A stretch of DNA of 64,000 nt from the human T2T-CHM13v2.0 reference genome, Homo sapiens: NCBI RefSeq assembly GCF_009914755.1, contig NC_060935.1. One strand, given 5' to 3'. Made by a program: the position numbers and the translations under genes. Shown piece after piece: positions 14,137 through 29,392 of the stretch (within the stretch, counting starts at the first letter, position 1; each line of letters begins with the position of its first letter). The notes under the pieces are model-generated. The model worked only from the letters and a program-made list of their open reading frames with translations. It had not been told where the DNA came from and ran no database searches.

Positions 14137-14645
14137 TGCCAGTTATCTGCCTATTTGCTCTCAGCCTTCACCCCTTCCTTCTGTGTTCTTCTATGTATTG
14201 TAGGGGGCTGGAGCCATCTCCTTAACTACACTTCCCAGACTGCCTTTCCAACTAGTTGGATACTGCCAATAGAAGGGATTCATGAGAGACTGGAAGGCCA
14301 GAGCCAGGGAGAAGCAACTCTCTTGTCTGGCTTCTGATAGCATTTCTGTCAGCAGCAGCAGTGATAGTGCAACAGCAATGGCAGTACTAACCATGGTAAC
14401 TGCGTTGGCAGAGATTCCAGCCTTGGTTGAGGCATCACATCTTCAGCAGGTCTACAATTACAGTGACACCCTCCCTGAAAGCCCAGCAGTGGATATAGAC
14501 TTGTTGACTTCAGTTTAGCAGTGATGCAGCTTCTGATCTCTGGTTATCAACGCTTCTTACTTTTTGTTCTTCCCATACCCCTCTTCTCCACTTAGCTCTT
14601 CCATCCCTTCTAACAGCCATGTAACCAATTCCCTCTCTATCACTG
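14137..14645 (+). mobile_element. LTR33/LTR16-like ERV-L LTR, probable 3' LTR of the provirus
   Basis: Follows the PPT; ctctcagcc..cacccct..ggctggag..aactacacttcccagac..ctgccaatag..gagagactggaaggc pattern. Confidence 0.65.
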
Positions 14646-15016
14646 GTGATATTTTAGGTGGAATAATGGTTCTCTGGGTATGATTTTTAAGAGTGCTTAC
14701 CTTTTAGAGCTACATACTGGAATATTTATAGATGAAATAATATGAAACATTTATGGCTGTATATATCTGAGATTTTTCTTCAGAATATTCCAGGAGGGGG
14801 CGTGATGGGGGCATAGATGAAACAAGATTGGCCATGACTTGATAATTGTCAGGTGATAATTGTTGGTGATAGGTACCTGGAGTCAATTTTATGATAGACT
14901 CTAATTTTATATGTGTTTAAAAACTTTCCATAACAAAATACCAATTACCTCTCCCTGCCAAGAATTAATAAATGAATAAACCAATCAGTAAACCAATTAA
15001 TACCATCTATTTGTAA

Positions 15017-15802
<786 letters not shown>

Positions 15803-16099
15803 AAACCCCTAATAAATGATCACTACTATTATCTCAACCCCCTTGAGCAACTAGCCAACCACAATCATCACCATATAAAATCTAAGTAACTTATTACATA
15901 TATACACATATATATATTAGGCATAAGCCACAATAGAATGTGCTAAGTATTAAATTAACTGTGGAAACACTAAATTAAACTGATCCTTAGAGAAGGGATT
16001 AAGAGGCATGGGCTAAAGCAGTCAGAGAAGGCTCCTGGTAGGGAAAGGAGGAAGGTCTGAGCTGGGCCTTAGAAAATGTACAGAATCTACATGAGAATA

Positions 16100-16350
16100 T
16101 AATATAACAGTCATGAGTATGGTCTCTGGAGTCTGATAGACTTGATTCAAATCCTGGATCTGTTACCAACTAGCTTTGCAACTTTGGGCAAGTTACTTAA
16201 ATGTCTGTACTTATTTCCTCATCTAAAAAATGTGGATAATAATAGGAGACCTACCTCACAGAGCTGTTATGAGGATTTAATGAGTTAACATACATAATGC
16301 CGAGAATACTGTCTGGCACATTGTAAGTACTACATATGTGTTTTTATTAC
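16100..16350 (+). mobile_element. MIR (representative; others near 2060, 3680, 23070, 29560, 32040, 36660, 38140, 44130, 56220, 56760)
   Basis: ttcaaatcctgg..ctttgggcaagttacttaa..tttcctcatctaaaa MIR core. Confidence 0.75.
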
Positions 16351-16730
16351 TATTAAGAGGAAGGACCAGCCAGAGGAATGGCCTCAGCAAAGGTGCAGAG
16401 TGGGAAGGTACAAAGGTTATCTAGAGACCAGGGAACAGACTTACTGAGCTGACACAGGGGGCTCATGAAGGAGAATTGTCTGGCAAGACAGTTTACAGAT
16501 GACCAGTCAGAGGCAGGGAAAGTGGCTTGCCAAACACCTGGATCTCTCCTAACAGCACACAGGAAATTGGGGGCGTGTGTCTGAGGCCTTTCTGGGAGCT
16601 TCAGTAGGTGCCATTATCCCTGCTTTGAGCACTTACAGCCTATCTTTATGGCACTTCAAGCTGCTATGGGCTATTTCCTTGGATATTTGTACACAAAAAC
16701 ACAGAATGGACTCCAGGAGGTAGAACTTAC

Positions 16731-16864
16731 TGTTCTGCGACGGCCAAATTGGGCGGCAGGGAGGTAAGGCCATTGCCTGTGAGGAGCAGGACACGGAGGT
16801 GTGGCAGAATCCCCAAATCACAGATGGCCTCCACAGTCAGGCTGTTGAAGGAAAGGTCCAAGAA
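16731..16864 (-). CDS. XRRA1: XRRA1 exon 8 (FLDLSFNSL...LRVLLLTGNGLTSLPPNLAVAEQ), LRRs
   Basis: tttgcatggcag| ... ACA|GTAAGT; 134 nt, phase 0 to 2; two LRR motifs. Confidence 0.93.
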
Positions 16865-17501
16865 CTGCCATGCAAAGATGAAAGATGGGGAAGGTAAGCA
16901 CTCTGTGTGACAACAATGCTCATATATGATGTGGGAGCTACTTTCTAGAGTGCCCCATCGCCCACAGGACAAAACCCTCCTGGATCTCCAGATTAATATT
17001 CAAGGTCTACTAGAGTCAGTACCCAACTGGTTTTCTAGCCTTAGTTGCCACTACAAATCTTTGTTTATCCTGTAGTGCTAGGCAAATAGACTCCTCCCCG
17101 CTGTTTGCCTCATCCACCTATAGATCTTTGCTTGTGCTTTTTGCTTAAATGGGAATGCCATTCTTCCATGTATCCTAATCCAAGCCCCCAAAAGACAGCT
17201 CAAAAGCTGCCTCCTTGTAAAACCTTCTCAATTCCCCAGACAGATGGAATCTCTACCTCCCCTAACTTTGACTGCTTTATCTAAACTGCTTTCAGGGTAC
17301 TTATCAAAGTCGGCTAGGTATCTGGCATATGTATATGCCTAGCACAGTGCTTGGCACACAGTGGTGGACTAGATCATAAACTGGTACTTGGAAGACTGTG
17401 GGGTCAAGTGCCATGCCACTGTAACACTGTATCCTTGTAAGTTAGCATAAGACCTGGCACAAAGTAGGTGCACAGAAAAAATGAGCTGAATAAACTGGCT
17501 T

Positions 17502-17863
<362 letters not shown>

Positions 17864-19364
17864 CTAACTGGCCTTCTGGATTCATGACATAGTTGACTGG
17901 GGTCAAGGGGCCAAGGGGTCAGTCAGAAAACCGTGTTTCTCTGCAGAGACAAAGACAATCAGGATAAATGACATCTGTCCAATATTTGTTCTCCTTCTCC
18001 TAAGCCTCCATAGACACTATATATACAAGTTGGCTCCCTTCCATCACCCCTATTTCTTATGTGCTTCCCTGTGCCCCCCTCCTCAACATACATTGAAGTC
18101 TATTGAATGGGGTCAGTTTCAGCAACTTATTCAATTGGTACAGGAGCAAGTCTTTGGTCAGCCACATCAGTATTACATAGTCAGACATATACACGCTACA
18201 GGTTACCCTCAGAGAAGGACTGGGTTTGGTCTGACTCTGCTGTAATAATTGATAGCTCTGCAGACCTGGGTGTTTAAGTCCTGACTAACCATGTGATATT
18301 AGGCAAATTACTTAATCTGGGTTTCCTTATCTGTAAAGTAGAAATAAGTGGTTCTTATGTAGATAAAGCCTTTATACTGGAGTCTAGTATACAGTAAATG
18401 CTTAATGTTGGCTGTCATCATCATCATCATCATTTCATTCCTCAACCCTATGTATAAGGCTTACTTTGTACCTGTCCCTGCCCTTTAGGAGCTCCCAGCC
18501 TACTCAGCTAAATACATGTATATGTTCATTATGTAGCAATGCTGCTGGGATAGATGTCTGAAGACAGACCAATCAGGGCACAAAGGAAGGATATGGTCAG
18601 GTCTACCAGGGGATCAGGACAGGCTTCACAGGGTAGGTAACATGTGAGCTGTCCTCAGAGACCAGTAGGTATTCACCAAATTGTTAAGGGCAAAGAGACA
18701 TTCAGGGCAGAAAGTGGCATGTATAGAAGCCAGGAGGCAGGAGGCAGCCTTTCTTGTTCTGAGAACCATGAATAGTTTGGGTATGACTGAAGTCCCTGGC
18801 ATAAGAAATGGCTTGATAGGACTAGCCAAGTACTACAGAAGCTCCAAGTTCATGCCACCATCAGCAAATTCCAAGGTTTGAGGGTTCAGACAATGAGGCA
18901 ATCCCACTTGGCTGGAGCAAACAGAGAAGCCTACAGGAGGAAGACCTGGAAAGGTGCCTGAGATAAGCACAGGGAAAAGTGGGGAACATTCTCCCCTCAT
19001 ACTCATGTGTGAACAGTCAGCCTATGGATTCTATCTACCTCCTTAATATCTCTCATGCTTGTTCTCTCTAATCTATTTTTTATACAGAAGCCAGAATGGT
19101 TTTTCTAAAATGCAGTTCTGACCCTACCACTTAGCTTAAAACCCTTCAATGGATCCCTATTCTCCTTAAGGTTTAAACTCCTCAGCAAAGTTTCCAAGGT
19201 TCTCCCCAGTCTCTTTTCTGCTACCCCTCCAGGTTCACATATCACTACACTCTACTGTGTCTCAGTCTCTATTCCAGCCATACGGAGCTGTTTCATTAGG
19301 GTTCTAGCTCAGAAGCTGACCTACTGCTATTTTGTGTAACCCAGGAGCTAAGAATAATTTTTGC

Positions 19365-19660
19365 TTTTTTCTTTTTGAGACAGGGTCTCATTCTGTTACC
19401 CATTGGTATGAACATGGCTAGAGGGCAGTGGTGTGAACATGGCTCACTGAAGCCTCAAGCTGCTGGGCTCAAGTGATCCTCCTGCCTCAGCCTCCTGTGG
19501 GTCCACAGGCACGCACCACCATGCTAATTTTTTTTATTTTTGTAGAGACACGGTCTCATTTTGTTCCCAGGCTGGTCTTGAACCTCTGGGCTCAAGCGAT
19601 CCTCCCATCCTGGCCTCCCAAAGTGCTGGGATTACAGGTGTGAGCCACCCTGCCCAGCCA
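19365..19660 (-). mobile_element. AluJ
   Basis: Antisense dimer within MER58. Confidence 0.88.
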
Positions 19661-19711
19661 ATTTTTACATTTTTAAATGGTTGAAAAAAATAAAAAAAAA
19701 GAGTAAGAGTG

Positions 19712-20032
<321 letters not shown>

Positions 20033-20069
20033 TTATGTGAAGTTCAGATTTCAGTGTCATGAAGTTTTA

Positions 20070-20375
20070 GGCTGGGCGTGGTGGCTCACGCCTGTAATCC
20101 CAGCTTTTTGGGAGGTTGAGGTGGGCAGATCACTTGAGGCCAGGAGTTCGAGACTAGCCTGGCCAACAAGGTGAAACCCTTCTCTACCAAAAATACAAAA
20201 ATTAGCTGGGTGTGGTGGTGCACACTCATAGTCCCAGCTACTTGGGAGGCTGAGGCATGAGAATCGCTTGAACCCAGGAGGCGGAGGTTGCAATAAGCTG
20301 AGATTGTGCCACTTACTCCTGCCTGGGTGACAGAGGGAGACTGTCTCAAAAAATAAATTAATTAATTAAAATAAA
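20070..20375 (+). mobile_element. AluS
   Basis: Dimer; TSD aagtttta. Confidence 0.9.
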
Positions 20376-22908
20376 CAAAGTTTTATTGGAACACAGCCAT
20401 GCTCATTTCTCATTTGTTTACATATTGTCTATGGCTGTTTTCCATTATACAACAGCAGAGCTGACTAGCTATGATTAGTTATGACCATATGAACCACAAA
20501 GCCTAAAATATTAGGCCTGCTGTACAGAAAAAGTTTGCTGACCTCATTCTAGCTGCTTTGGCTATTTAATGTAGGATCCGAATTTGCTTTCTATAGAATT
20601 AAGGGCAATTTAAAGAAATGAATAGCCTTAGAATCACAGGCTACAGAATTTCAGAGCTGACCCAGAATTTACAGAGGGGAAATGTCCCAGAGAGGGTACG
20701 TTGTTTGGCCAGGTAGGCATGGCAAAGTACTGGCAAAACCAAGACAAAAGGTCTTCTGACTGCCAGGGCAGGGCTCCAGCTGAACCTTCTTCAGATCTGT
20801 AATCCGAGAATCAAACCATGGCAAAGTTAAGTTTTTCTAAATTGACTCCTGAAGAATTATTCTACTCTGGGCTTTTCCTCCTGGGGCAGCCTTTTTGGCA
20901 AACAAGAACAGAAGATTCCTAACCTGGCTACTACATCTGCTGAGTCACATCAAGTTTTATTACACATCAAAATATTACATTACTGTGAGCTGCAAATTCA
21001 GGATATTTGACAGGTTTATACTTCTTCTTAGGGAGCCCTTGCAAATCACAGATAGATGAAAACAGATGACTGGGCAAGAGATTTCCTGTTTTCATTTATA
21101 TTCTGCATCTTAACTTTGGTCTGTTCTCTTACGTAAATACCCTTTCGTAAGGGTAGGTCTGCTGGATAAATCATCTTCATCAGATGCGATCACACTATAA
21201 AGTAAAGTAAGGCCTCCAAAAAAGTCACTCATGATCAATCACTAGATCCAAGCTAGTCAGTTGTGGGGTCAGAGCCTATAGTCATGTCTCCTCCCTTCAG
21301 CCCACTGGTACTTGAAACAGGGGTTTGAAATGGTAGGGGAAGAAGACAAGATGCATGGTACAACGCACAACACAGGAGCTCAATGACTACTCTCTGAAAA
21401 AGTAAAAGAACAAATAAATGCAAGTTCTTAAGAAGCTCCCAGGCTCAAAGGTCAGGGACATGGCTCCCTGTATCTCTAGACCATCTGAAACCTGTTTCCT
21501 GCTGTCTATTCCAAAATCTACTGTTAAATATTTATAAACACAGAAAAAAAATGCATCAGTTGTTGTAAACTTACTTTCTCTCTATTTTATTCAACTTTCA
21601 AGAGCTTTGCTTCCTAGACAAGTGTGAGGACTACTTTTGTCTCAAATCATAGAAAATTACTGTTATCTTCAATATGACTTGAGACCATGGAGAGAAGGTT
21701 CCATTACAGTCAGCAGAATATGCTTTAAAAATGCAAAGATATATAATCCAATTAGGAAGGTGGCCATCCCAAGAGGTTAAAACCTTTTAAAGCTTTGGCA
21801 TATGAAGGCCATCAACTCTGAAAAACTCACTCTTGTAGAAGGTCCCCCTCACTGACAAGACCAGGTTAAGTGAGGCTTTTGTGAAGAATGGCTGACCCTT
21901 GATGTTTGCAGATGAAATCATTTAAGTTAACAGCTTTTTGGGGTTGACCTCAAGGTTCATGACACGCACACATTTTACTGAAATTTGACTCTGAAACACT
22001 TCTACTCCAGGATGTGGAGAAGAGTCTATTACTCAGTGAGTGAGCGTGGTCAGATGCCCAGCCCACACACGTGGCTCCACCTCTGTTGTCCTTTACTCTC
22101 CACATATGTTGTCCTTTACTACTGCCGTGACTCTCAGGTAGTGACAAAAGCTTTGTTCCTTTGTAAAAAGTGGCCCACAAATCTTCATGAAAGCTAAATA
22201 AGTAATCAACTTGAACTATAAGGACATGTGCAGAAAATGCATGACTATGGGAAAATTTAGGAGAAAACCAAGAATGCAAACAAAATTTTCTGTATTTTCT
22301 AATTTGCGGTTTGAAGAACAGCTGTGAATGTACAAATGTTCAAGACTCTGCTGCTGATCCCAAAGGATCCCTATTCATACTCATCTCCGAGGTTATGGAC
22401 TAGGCCTATAGCCTGCTCTATCCCAGCCACCGAGACTGATTCAGCTCACTTAGACCAGGATGAGTCTCTGGAATCAGTCTATAATGTCTCTAGTTCAGCC
22501 GATCCAATCTGCTGCACCTAGCTCTTAAGCTCCATGGCTCCTCAATCCCCACTAGATCCAGATCTCCCCTCAAAATTCTCCCTCCTTCAATACTCTGTTT
22601 TAAAACTCACTTTTCTGCACAGACTCCCTTGGACATGACCTTTGGCATTTATTTTCCAGGACCATGCACCATGGTTAAGTCTTTGGTATCAACTATTTGC
22701 TGCCACTTCTACCATTACCACTATCTCCATCACTGTAACTACCCTTACAACCCCCACCCCCACCCTCCCTGGAGGCCAGCAATGAAGCAAGGGCCTGGCT
22801 GTACAGGCCCAGCAAGCCCCTTCCCAACAGTTATAATCAGTAAAGCTCTATGCTCATTCCTTACAGGGGAACTTGGTGGGCACCAAAAACTCCCTACCTC
22901 CAACTTAC

Positions 22909-23006
22909 TTCTAATAACTTAAAGTCTCCATATTTCACGTAGATAGTTTTGATGCCATTAAATGCGAGATCCAGTTCCTTTAGGGCTGGAAACGTGTGAA
23001 ATGCCT
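22909..23006 (-). CDS. XRRA1: XRRA1 exon 7 (EAFHTFPALKELDLAFNGIKTIYVKYGDFKLLE), LRR
   Basis: tctcttccccatgtag| ... GAA|GTAAGT; 98 nt, phase 1 to 0; LxxLxLxxNxI motif. Confidence 0.93.
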
Positions 23007-25817
23007 CTACATGGGGAAGAGAAAGAGAGAGTCTGCAGCTTGTAAAGGACTTAAGAGAAAGATATTAATAATTACCATTTACTGTGTCCCTACTGGGTTA
23101 GGCCAGGCACTGTATAAGGTACTTTACATACATGGCCTCTAAATCTCTAACAACCCAGAAAAATAGGGATTACTACTTCCATTCTATGGCTGACTAAGGC
23201 TCAGCCAAGCTAAGTGATTTGCCAGAATGGAATTGCTGGTAAGTGAAAGAGCCAAGAATTGAATCTAAGTCTGCTCAACAGCAAAGCCCATTTTAAAAAT
23301 TATCTTTATTAATCCTGATTACAAAAATTAAAACACAACTAAGAAAAACAGTCAAACATCACAGAAAAATAAAAAGTTCTGTTTAATCCCAACATCCAGA
23401 GACAAGTATTAAAAGTTCCATATATAGCACTCAACTTTTTCTCATGTATATATCAAAATACATACCTCTTTTAACAAAAATAGAGTCATACTGTACACAC
23501 TGTACTGACTTGCTTTTTCCCTTAACAATGTAACTTAAAGATTATTCCATGTCAAAACATATAGATATGCCTAATGTCTTCTGATGTTCTACAGTATAGA
23601 TATATCCTAGTTTACTAATCCATTTCCCCATTGGTAGCCTTTAGGCTATATGAATAAAAGGTAAGAAACTATATGAATAAATGTTTCTCTCTTTGAATGA
23701 GAACTGAACTTTTTCTAGCCTTGTTCCTCTGGTAACCTGAAACCAATGATACAGTAACTGCATTTCCAGGCAGTATCACTTGCGGTAAAAATCACCCTAG
23801 GTTGGCAAATTACATCTGGGCTAGGAGAAACTATAAATGAATGATAAACACCTGAAGGGGGCACCATAATTTTGGGCTTCCCTGTGTGTAGTGATTCCTA
23901 TAATTGGATATATCCTTTGCAGAAACTCTAGGAGCTATGCCTATACGTGTTACAATGTATATTGGCTCCTGTGAGGAATGAGATTTCTAAGCCAGGGTGG
24001 CTTTTGCATCCACCCAATGACAGTCTCACTGTCTTGTACCTGAGCTGACACTGGGGGCCAGATGGAGGGGCACAAAGAATGCCTCATGGATGGCTTTGGG
24101 AACTCCATTGAAGAGAAACTCCTGATGCTGTTGTACTGGCATTCTGTGTGGAATTACTTAGAGCCTTCTAAGTGAACCTGATGTTAAATATGGTAGTCTT
24201 GTAAGTCAGAATGTTCAGTAGAACCTAATAAAGGCTGCTTTGTGAATATTTCTGGATGTTTCCAATGAACAGCCTTGTACGAGTGTGTTACTATAGAATA
24301 ATTTCCTGGAAGTAAAGCTACTAGATTAAAGGCAATGACTACTTTAAATTTTAAGAAACATTACCAAATTACCTCCAAGATGCTACACCAATGACTATAC
24401 TTCCACAGTTCAATGCAAGAGTATCCATCTCCCTACCAATGCTGGCTGTCATCAGCCCTTTTCACTCCTGCCAATATTTGACAGGCAGAAAACAGTATCT
24501 TGATCCACTGTAATTATTAGTGAGGTTGAACACCTTTTCATATACCTATTGGCCTTTGTATTTCCAGCCCAAGCTCCTGACAGACCACCCTGTCTCCTAA
24601 AGGGCAGGGACCTCATCATATGCTTCTTTGAAAACAATCTTCAAACTCAATGCAACAAAACTGAACTTATCCTATTTCCCTCTGACTTGCCTTTTCTCTA
24701 ATGTGCCCTATCTCAATGAAATGCCCCTTGATTCCTCCCTCTCCCTACATCCCTATCAGTCTATCAACTACCAAGTCCTGTGGTTTCTACTCCTCCTAAA
24801 TCTCTGTCTGTCTCTCTCTCTCTCAATCCTCTGCACCCTTCTTGTCACAATCCTGGCTCAGGCCTCATCTCCCCTCCCCTGAAAACCTGAAATAATCTCC
24901 CAGGTTTCCTGGCCTCCACCTTCTTCTTCTCTTATAATCCACTCTCCTCACAGCTGCCACTGAGCTTCTCTATTTAAAACCCTTCCAAGACTCTCTTTTG
25001 CCTGCAGCATTAAGTCCAATTCACTCCCGGTCCTTGATAATCCAGTCGCTGCCAATCTGTCTAGTTTCAATTGTCCCCCACATGCTTCCCTTGCAAGCAT
25101 ACAAAACCTCTTCAGTCTTCCTGATCAGACAATGCCATTCCACATCTGCTCCAGCAGCCGGAAATGCCTTCTTACCTTCTAGTTCCTGAATCACTCCTAT
25201 TCATTTTTCTGGTCTCAGCTTAGGTGCTCCTCTTCTCAGTTCCTCCTGACACTCTGGCCTGGCTTGAAGTCCCACGTATATGCTTGCATAGTATTTCCTG
25301 ATTCTCTCTTTCACTGCTCTCCCCTCATCCTGACCTAACTATCTGTATCTGAGTCCATCTCTCTCACCAAACCATGAGCTCACCAGAGCAGGACTGTATG
25401 CACTCATTTCTAAAAGCCAAGTATTCACACAGTCCTAATATCCAGCAGGGGTCGCTGTGGACTTGCTGAATAAGAAGGCTTTATGCTCCTACAGGAGTAC
25501 TTTACAGGCTTAGAAACATTTTTATACACCCATCTCATATGAGCCTGCAAGGTATCCTGCAAGGGGAGGAAAAAAAGAAGGGAATTATCTCCATTGACAG
25601 ATAGAGAAGTAGAAGATCACAGAAAAATGTTCTAAGTAGGTAGCGCCAGAGCAGGACTGGAATCGAGGTCTTTGTGCTCTCCAGCACCCAGCCTATTGTA
25701 CTCCAAAAAAGAGATGTGTGGCCAATCATAGATGGTTGGACAGACAAATCCTAACACACGTGAATGGCTGTGCTGGCTAAGAGGAGGAAGAGAGCTTTCA
25801 AGAAAGAAAAAGCTTAC

Positions 25818-25890
25818 CTAGAGGCAGCAGGTTTTCTGAGGCATTGATATAAATCACAGAATGAAAATGCTTGAAGTCATTTTCCTTGGC
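25818..25890 (-). CDS. XRRA1: XRRA1 exon 6 (AKENDFKHFHSVIYINASENLLPL)
   Basis: tttcctacag| ... TAG|GTAAGC; 73 nt, phase 0 to 1. Confidence 0.92.
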
Positions 25891-26312
25891 CTGTAGGAAA
25901 GCATTTCAGAAAAAAAAAAAAATCCACAAGATTAGTTCCCTGCCTAGAAGCCTTGCTGAAGCTTCAGGGCCACTGTCAGAAGAAACAAAGACCTAAAGGA
26001 ATAAGGGACATCCCTAGCACAGGAGCAGACACTTGAGTGCTGTAAGGGTTTTCCTGCTTTTTTTCCACTATGAAACATTTCAAATGTACAGAAAAGTATA
26101 CGGAATGACACTCTGAAGACCCATATAACCACTATCCAGAGGTAAGTATTTAATACAGCTGAATATTTTGCTGTCTTTGCTTTAAATAAATTTCCTTAAA
26201 GAAAATATTATATAGGGTGAACCACCACCATTACCACCCCTGTCCATGTATCCCCTCACTAATCCCATAACAGCTATCCTGAATTGGAGACTATCATTCC
26301 CATACTCAATAG

Positions 26313-26625
26313 TTTTTGTGTGTTTGTTTGTTTGTTTTTGAGACAGGGTCTCACTTCCATTGCCCAGATTGGAGTGCAGTGACACAATCTTGGCTCACTG
26401 CAGCCTCAACTTCCCCAGCTCGGGTGATCCTTCCACCTCAGCCTCTTGAGTATCTAGGACTGCAGGCACACGCCACCAAGACTGGCTAATTTTTTTGTAT
26501 TTTTAGCTGAGATGGGGTTTTGCCATGATGCCCAGGCTGGTCTCGAACTGCTGCGCTCAAGTAATCCGCCTGCCTCAGCCTCCCAAAGTGCTAGGATTAC
26601 AGGCGTGAGCCACTGCACCCAGCTC
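26313..26625 (-). mobile_element. AluJ in an old L1
   Basis: Antisense dimer. Confidence 0.9.
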
Positions 26626-26846
26626 CCATATCTTTTTTTATGCTTATACGTGTGTGTGTGTGTGTGTGTGTATCAACTATATATAATGCTAGATACAGGT
26701 AGTAAAACTTTACGTTAAATGCAACAATATTTTAGGTATCATTCTGCAACCTGCCTTTTCACTCAACACTGTTTTTGAGAATTACCTGTGTCGATATATG
26801 CTGCTTTTGAAATTTACATATGTTGACAGTTGTAGTTCTAGTTCAA

Positions 26847-27143
26847 TTTTTTTTTTTTTTTTGAGACAAAGTCTCGCTCTGTCACTCAGGCTGGAGTGCA
26901 ATGGCACAATCTTGGCTCACCGCAACCTCCACCTTCTGGGTTCAAGTGATTCTCCTGCCTCAGCCTCCTGAGTAGGTGGGATTACAGGTGTCTGCCACCA
27001 TGCCCAGTTAATTTTTTTATTTTTAATAGGGACAAGGTTTCACCATGTTGTCCAGGCTAGTCTCAAACTCCTGACCTCAAGTGATCCTCCTACCTCAGCC
27101 TCCCAAAGTGCTAGGATTACAGGCATGAGCCACCACGCCTAGC
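26847..27143 (-). mobile_element. AluS
   Basis: T tail; TSD ctagttcaa. Confidence 0.92.
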
Positions 27144-28774
27144 CCTAGTTCAACCATTTTAATTCCTGTATAGTATTCCATTGTTTGAATATATTGCAAG
27201 TTTATTCATTCTCATTTAGTCTGTTTCTAAATTTTATTACAAACAATTATGTAATTAATATTCTTATACACACCTCCTATTCATAAGAGTTTCTTTAATG
27301 ATATGCTCCTATCAAGCTGTGGGGAATACACAGCTTTATGAGATGGTAGCACATTGTTCTCCAAAGTAGTTAAAACAATTTACAGTCCTACCTGCAGTGT
27401 ATGAGAAGTCCTATTTCTTTAAATCCTTGCAATTGGCATTATAAAACTAATTTTTGCCAGTCTGATTATTGTAAAATGGCACTGCATTTTCCTGATTATT
27501 TATGAGGCTGAATATCTTTTTCTATATTTATTGGCCTTTCAAGTTCCTCTTCTGTATACTAACATATTTATCTGTTGTCTATTTTTCTACTGGGTTTCTC
27601 TTTCTTCCTATTGTTTTGTAGGAGCTCTTGACACATTCTGGATCCCAATACTTTTTGGTTATATTACTTGCTAATATCTTCTCCCAGTCTCAGCTTATCT
27701 TTTACCTTTGTTTGTGGTAACTTTTGTTAGATAGATATTTTTAATTAAATTTCATAGATATTTTCCTTTATGGTTTAACCACAAAGCTAGCAAGCATCCA
27801 CTCATCCCGTGGGTCTCAGCTAAGCTACCACCCTCTCCAGGGTGTGTTTCCTGTGTAAGGCTGAGTCAGGGGCCTGTCCTCTGAGGTCATATTTCGCACC
27901 CTCGTGTTTCCCTCATTGACTGCATTAGCTAGTCCTGTCTAACTCCATATCCATCTAAGCCCAGCCTCCTCCCTCTCTACTGGACTATATGCTCCAGAGG
28001 GCAGGCAGTGTCTGAGCCACCTCTGTACCCTCCAGCAAATAGCACAGAGACACACCAGGCCTCGGTAATGTTTGGTGAGCACGTGAGTGAATAAGTAAAA
28101 GAAGAACATACGGTATCCAATGAGGGGACTGAGCTTTGACCAGCCATGTTGTAGCCCTCAAAAGGTGAATTGATAAAGAGACCTCTGAAATCTTCTATGA
28201 CTTTGTCTCACCGTTATATGTGAACTATATATTATAATCTCTGGGACCATGTGCTGGCCTAGAATGGAGGGCCTCTCAGCCACAAGATGAATATATTTCT
28301 AAGGTTAACCTGTCCCTAAGTAACTCAATTCTGAAAACATGAGTGCTAAATGAAGTGAAGCAGAACCCTGTTAAAGGAGCAGTCTGCTTTACCACAAACT
28401 TGGCCATCCTGTGGGTTAGAGCCTCTACTCTATGGTTTATACAAGTAATCTCTCTTGGTATGCCACGAAAGCCAACATACCAAAGATGTATGTTATAATA
28501 TCCTGTATATACACTGGCTAATGGTGGGTCACAAATATGGCTCCAAGCTGCCTATAAGCCAATACAAAGAAAGAAACATGATTCATTGCATGAGTCACAG
28601 CACCTGTAAGTTAGGAACGAACCAGCTTCTTGGGAAAACCATTACAATTGCTGGCATTGAAACTTAAGAAATATCTCTTGTAGGGTCTTGTGATGGGAAC
28701 TCAGTGTCACACAATGAATTATGTACCCACAAAATTACATGGCAAATTCAAAACCAGTTTCATAAGGCAATTTT

Positions 28775-29074
28775 CTTTTTTTTTCTTTTTTTTTTTGGTG
28801 ACAGAGTCTCGCTGTCACCCAGGCTGGAGTGCACTGGCACGATCTTGGCTCACTGCAACCTCTGCCTCAGGGGTTCAAGCAATTCTCTGCCTCAGCCTCC
28901 CAAGTAGCTGGGATTACAGGTGCCTGCTACCATGCTTGGCTGATTTTTTGTATTTTTAGTAGAGATGGAGTTTCACCATCTTGGCCAGGCTGGTCTTGAG
29001 CTCCTGACCTTGTGATCCACCCACCTCGGCCTCCCAAAGTGCTGGGATTACAGCCCTGAGCCACCACGCCTGGC
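28775..29074 (-). mobile_element. AluS
   Basis: TSD cataaggcaatttt. Confidence 0.92.
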
Positions 29075-29320
29075 CCATAAGGCAATTTTCTTTAATTCAT
29101 ATCAAATAGGACAAGGGCAATATAAAATTTGTAGCAAAAGTTTGTGTCTGAATATTGTTTCAACCCAATAAATCCTTGTCTGACTCTCCTCTCCCTCCTT
29201 CTTCGTGACCAGATTTCCAGTCCCTAGGGACTCTGGAGGTGCAAGAGACAAACCACAACAGCCAGGTGCGCCACCTCAAGTCTGGCTCACCCCAATCACA
29301 TCTTTGCTGGCTGACCTCAC

Positions 29321-29392
29321 CTTGGAGAACTTCAGGCCACTCACATTAATGGTGCACAGATCTGATGGCTTCCTCACACAGTGGTGCTTCAG
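29321..29392 (-). CDS. XRRA1: XRRA1 exon 5 (LKHHCVRKPSDLCTINVSGLKFSK)
   Basis: tatgttccag| ... AAG|GTGAGG; 72 nt, phase 0-0; not in the ORF track. Confidence 0.92.

Noticed and set aside
21950-22279. 109-aa minus-strand ORF in XRRA1 intron 7
   Set aside because: Non-ATG start and no recognisable homology; the region is only flagged as unexplained.
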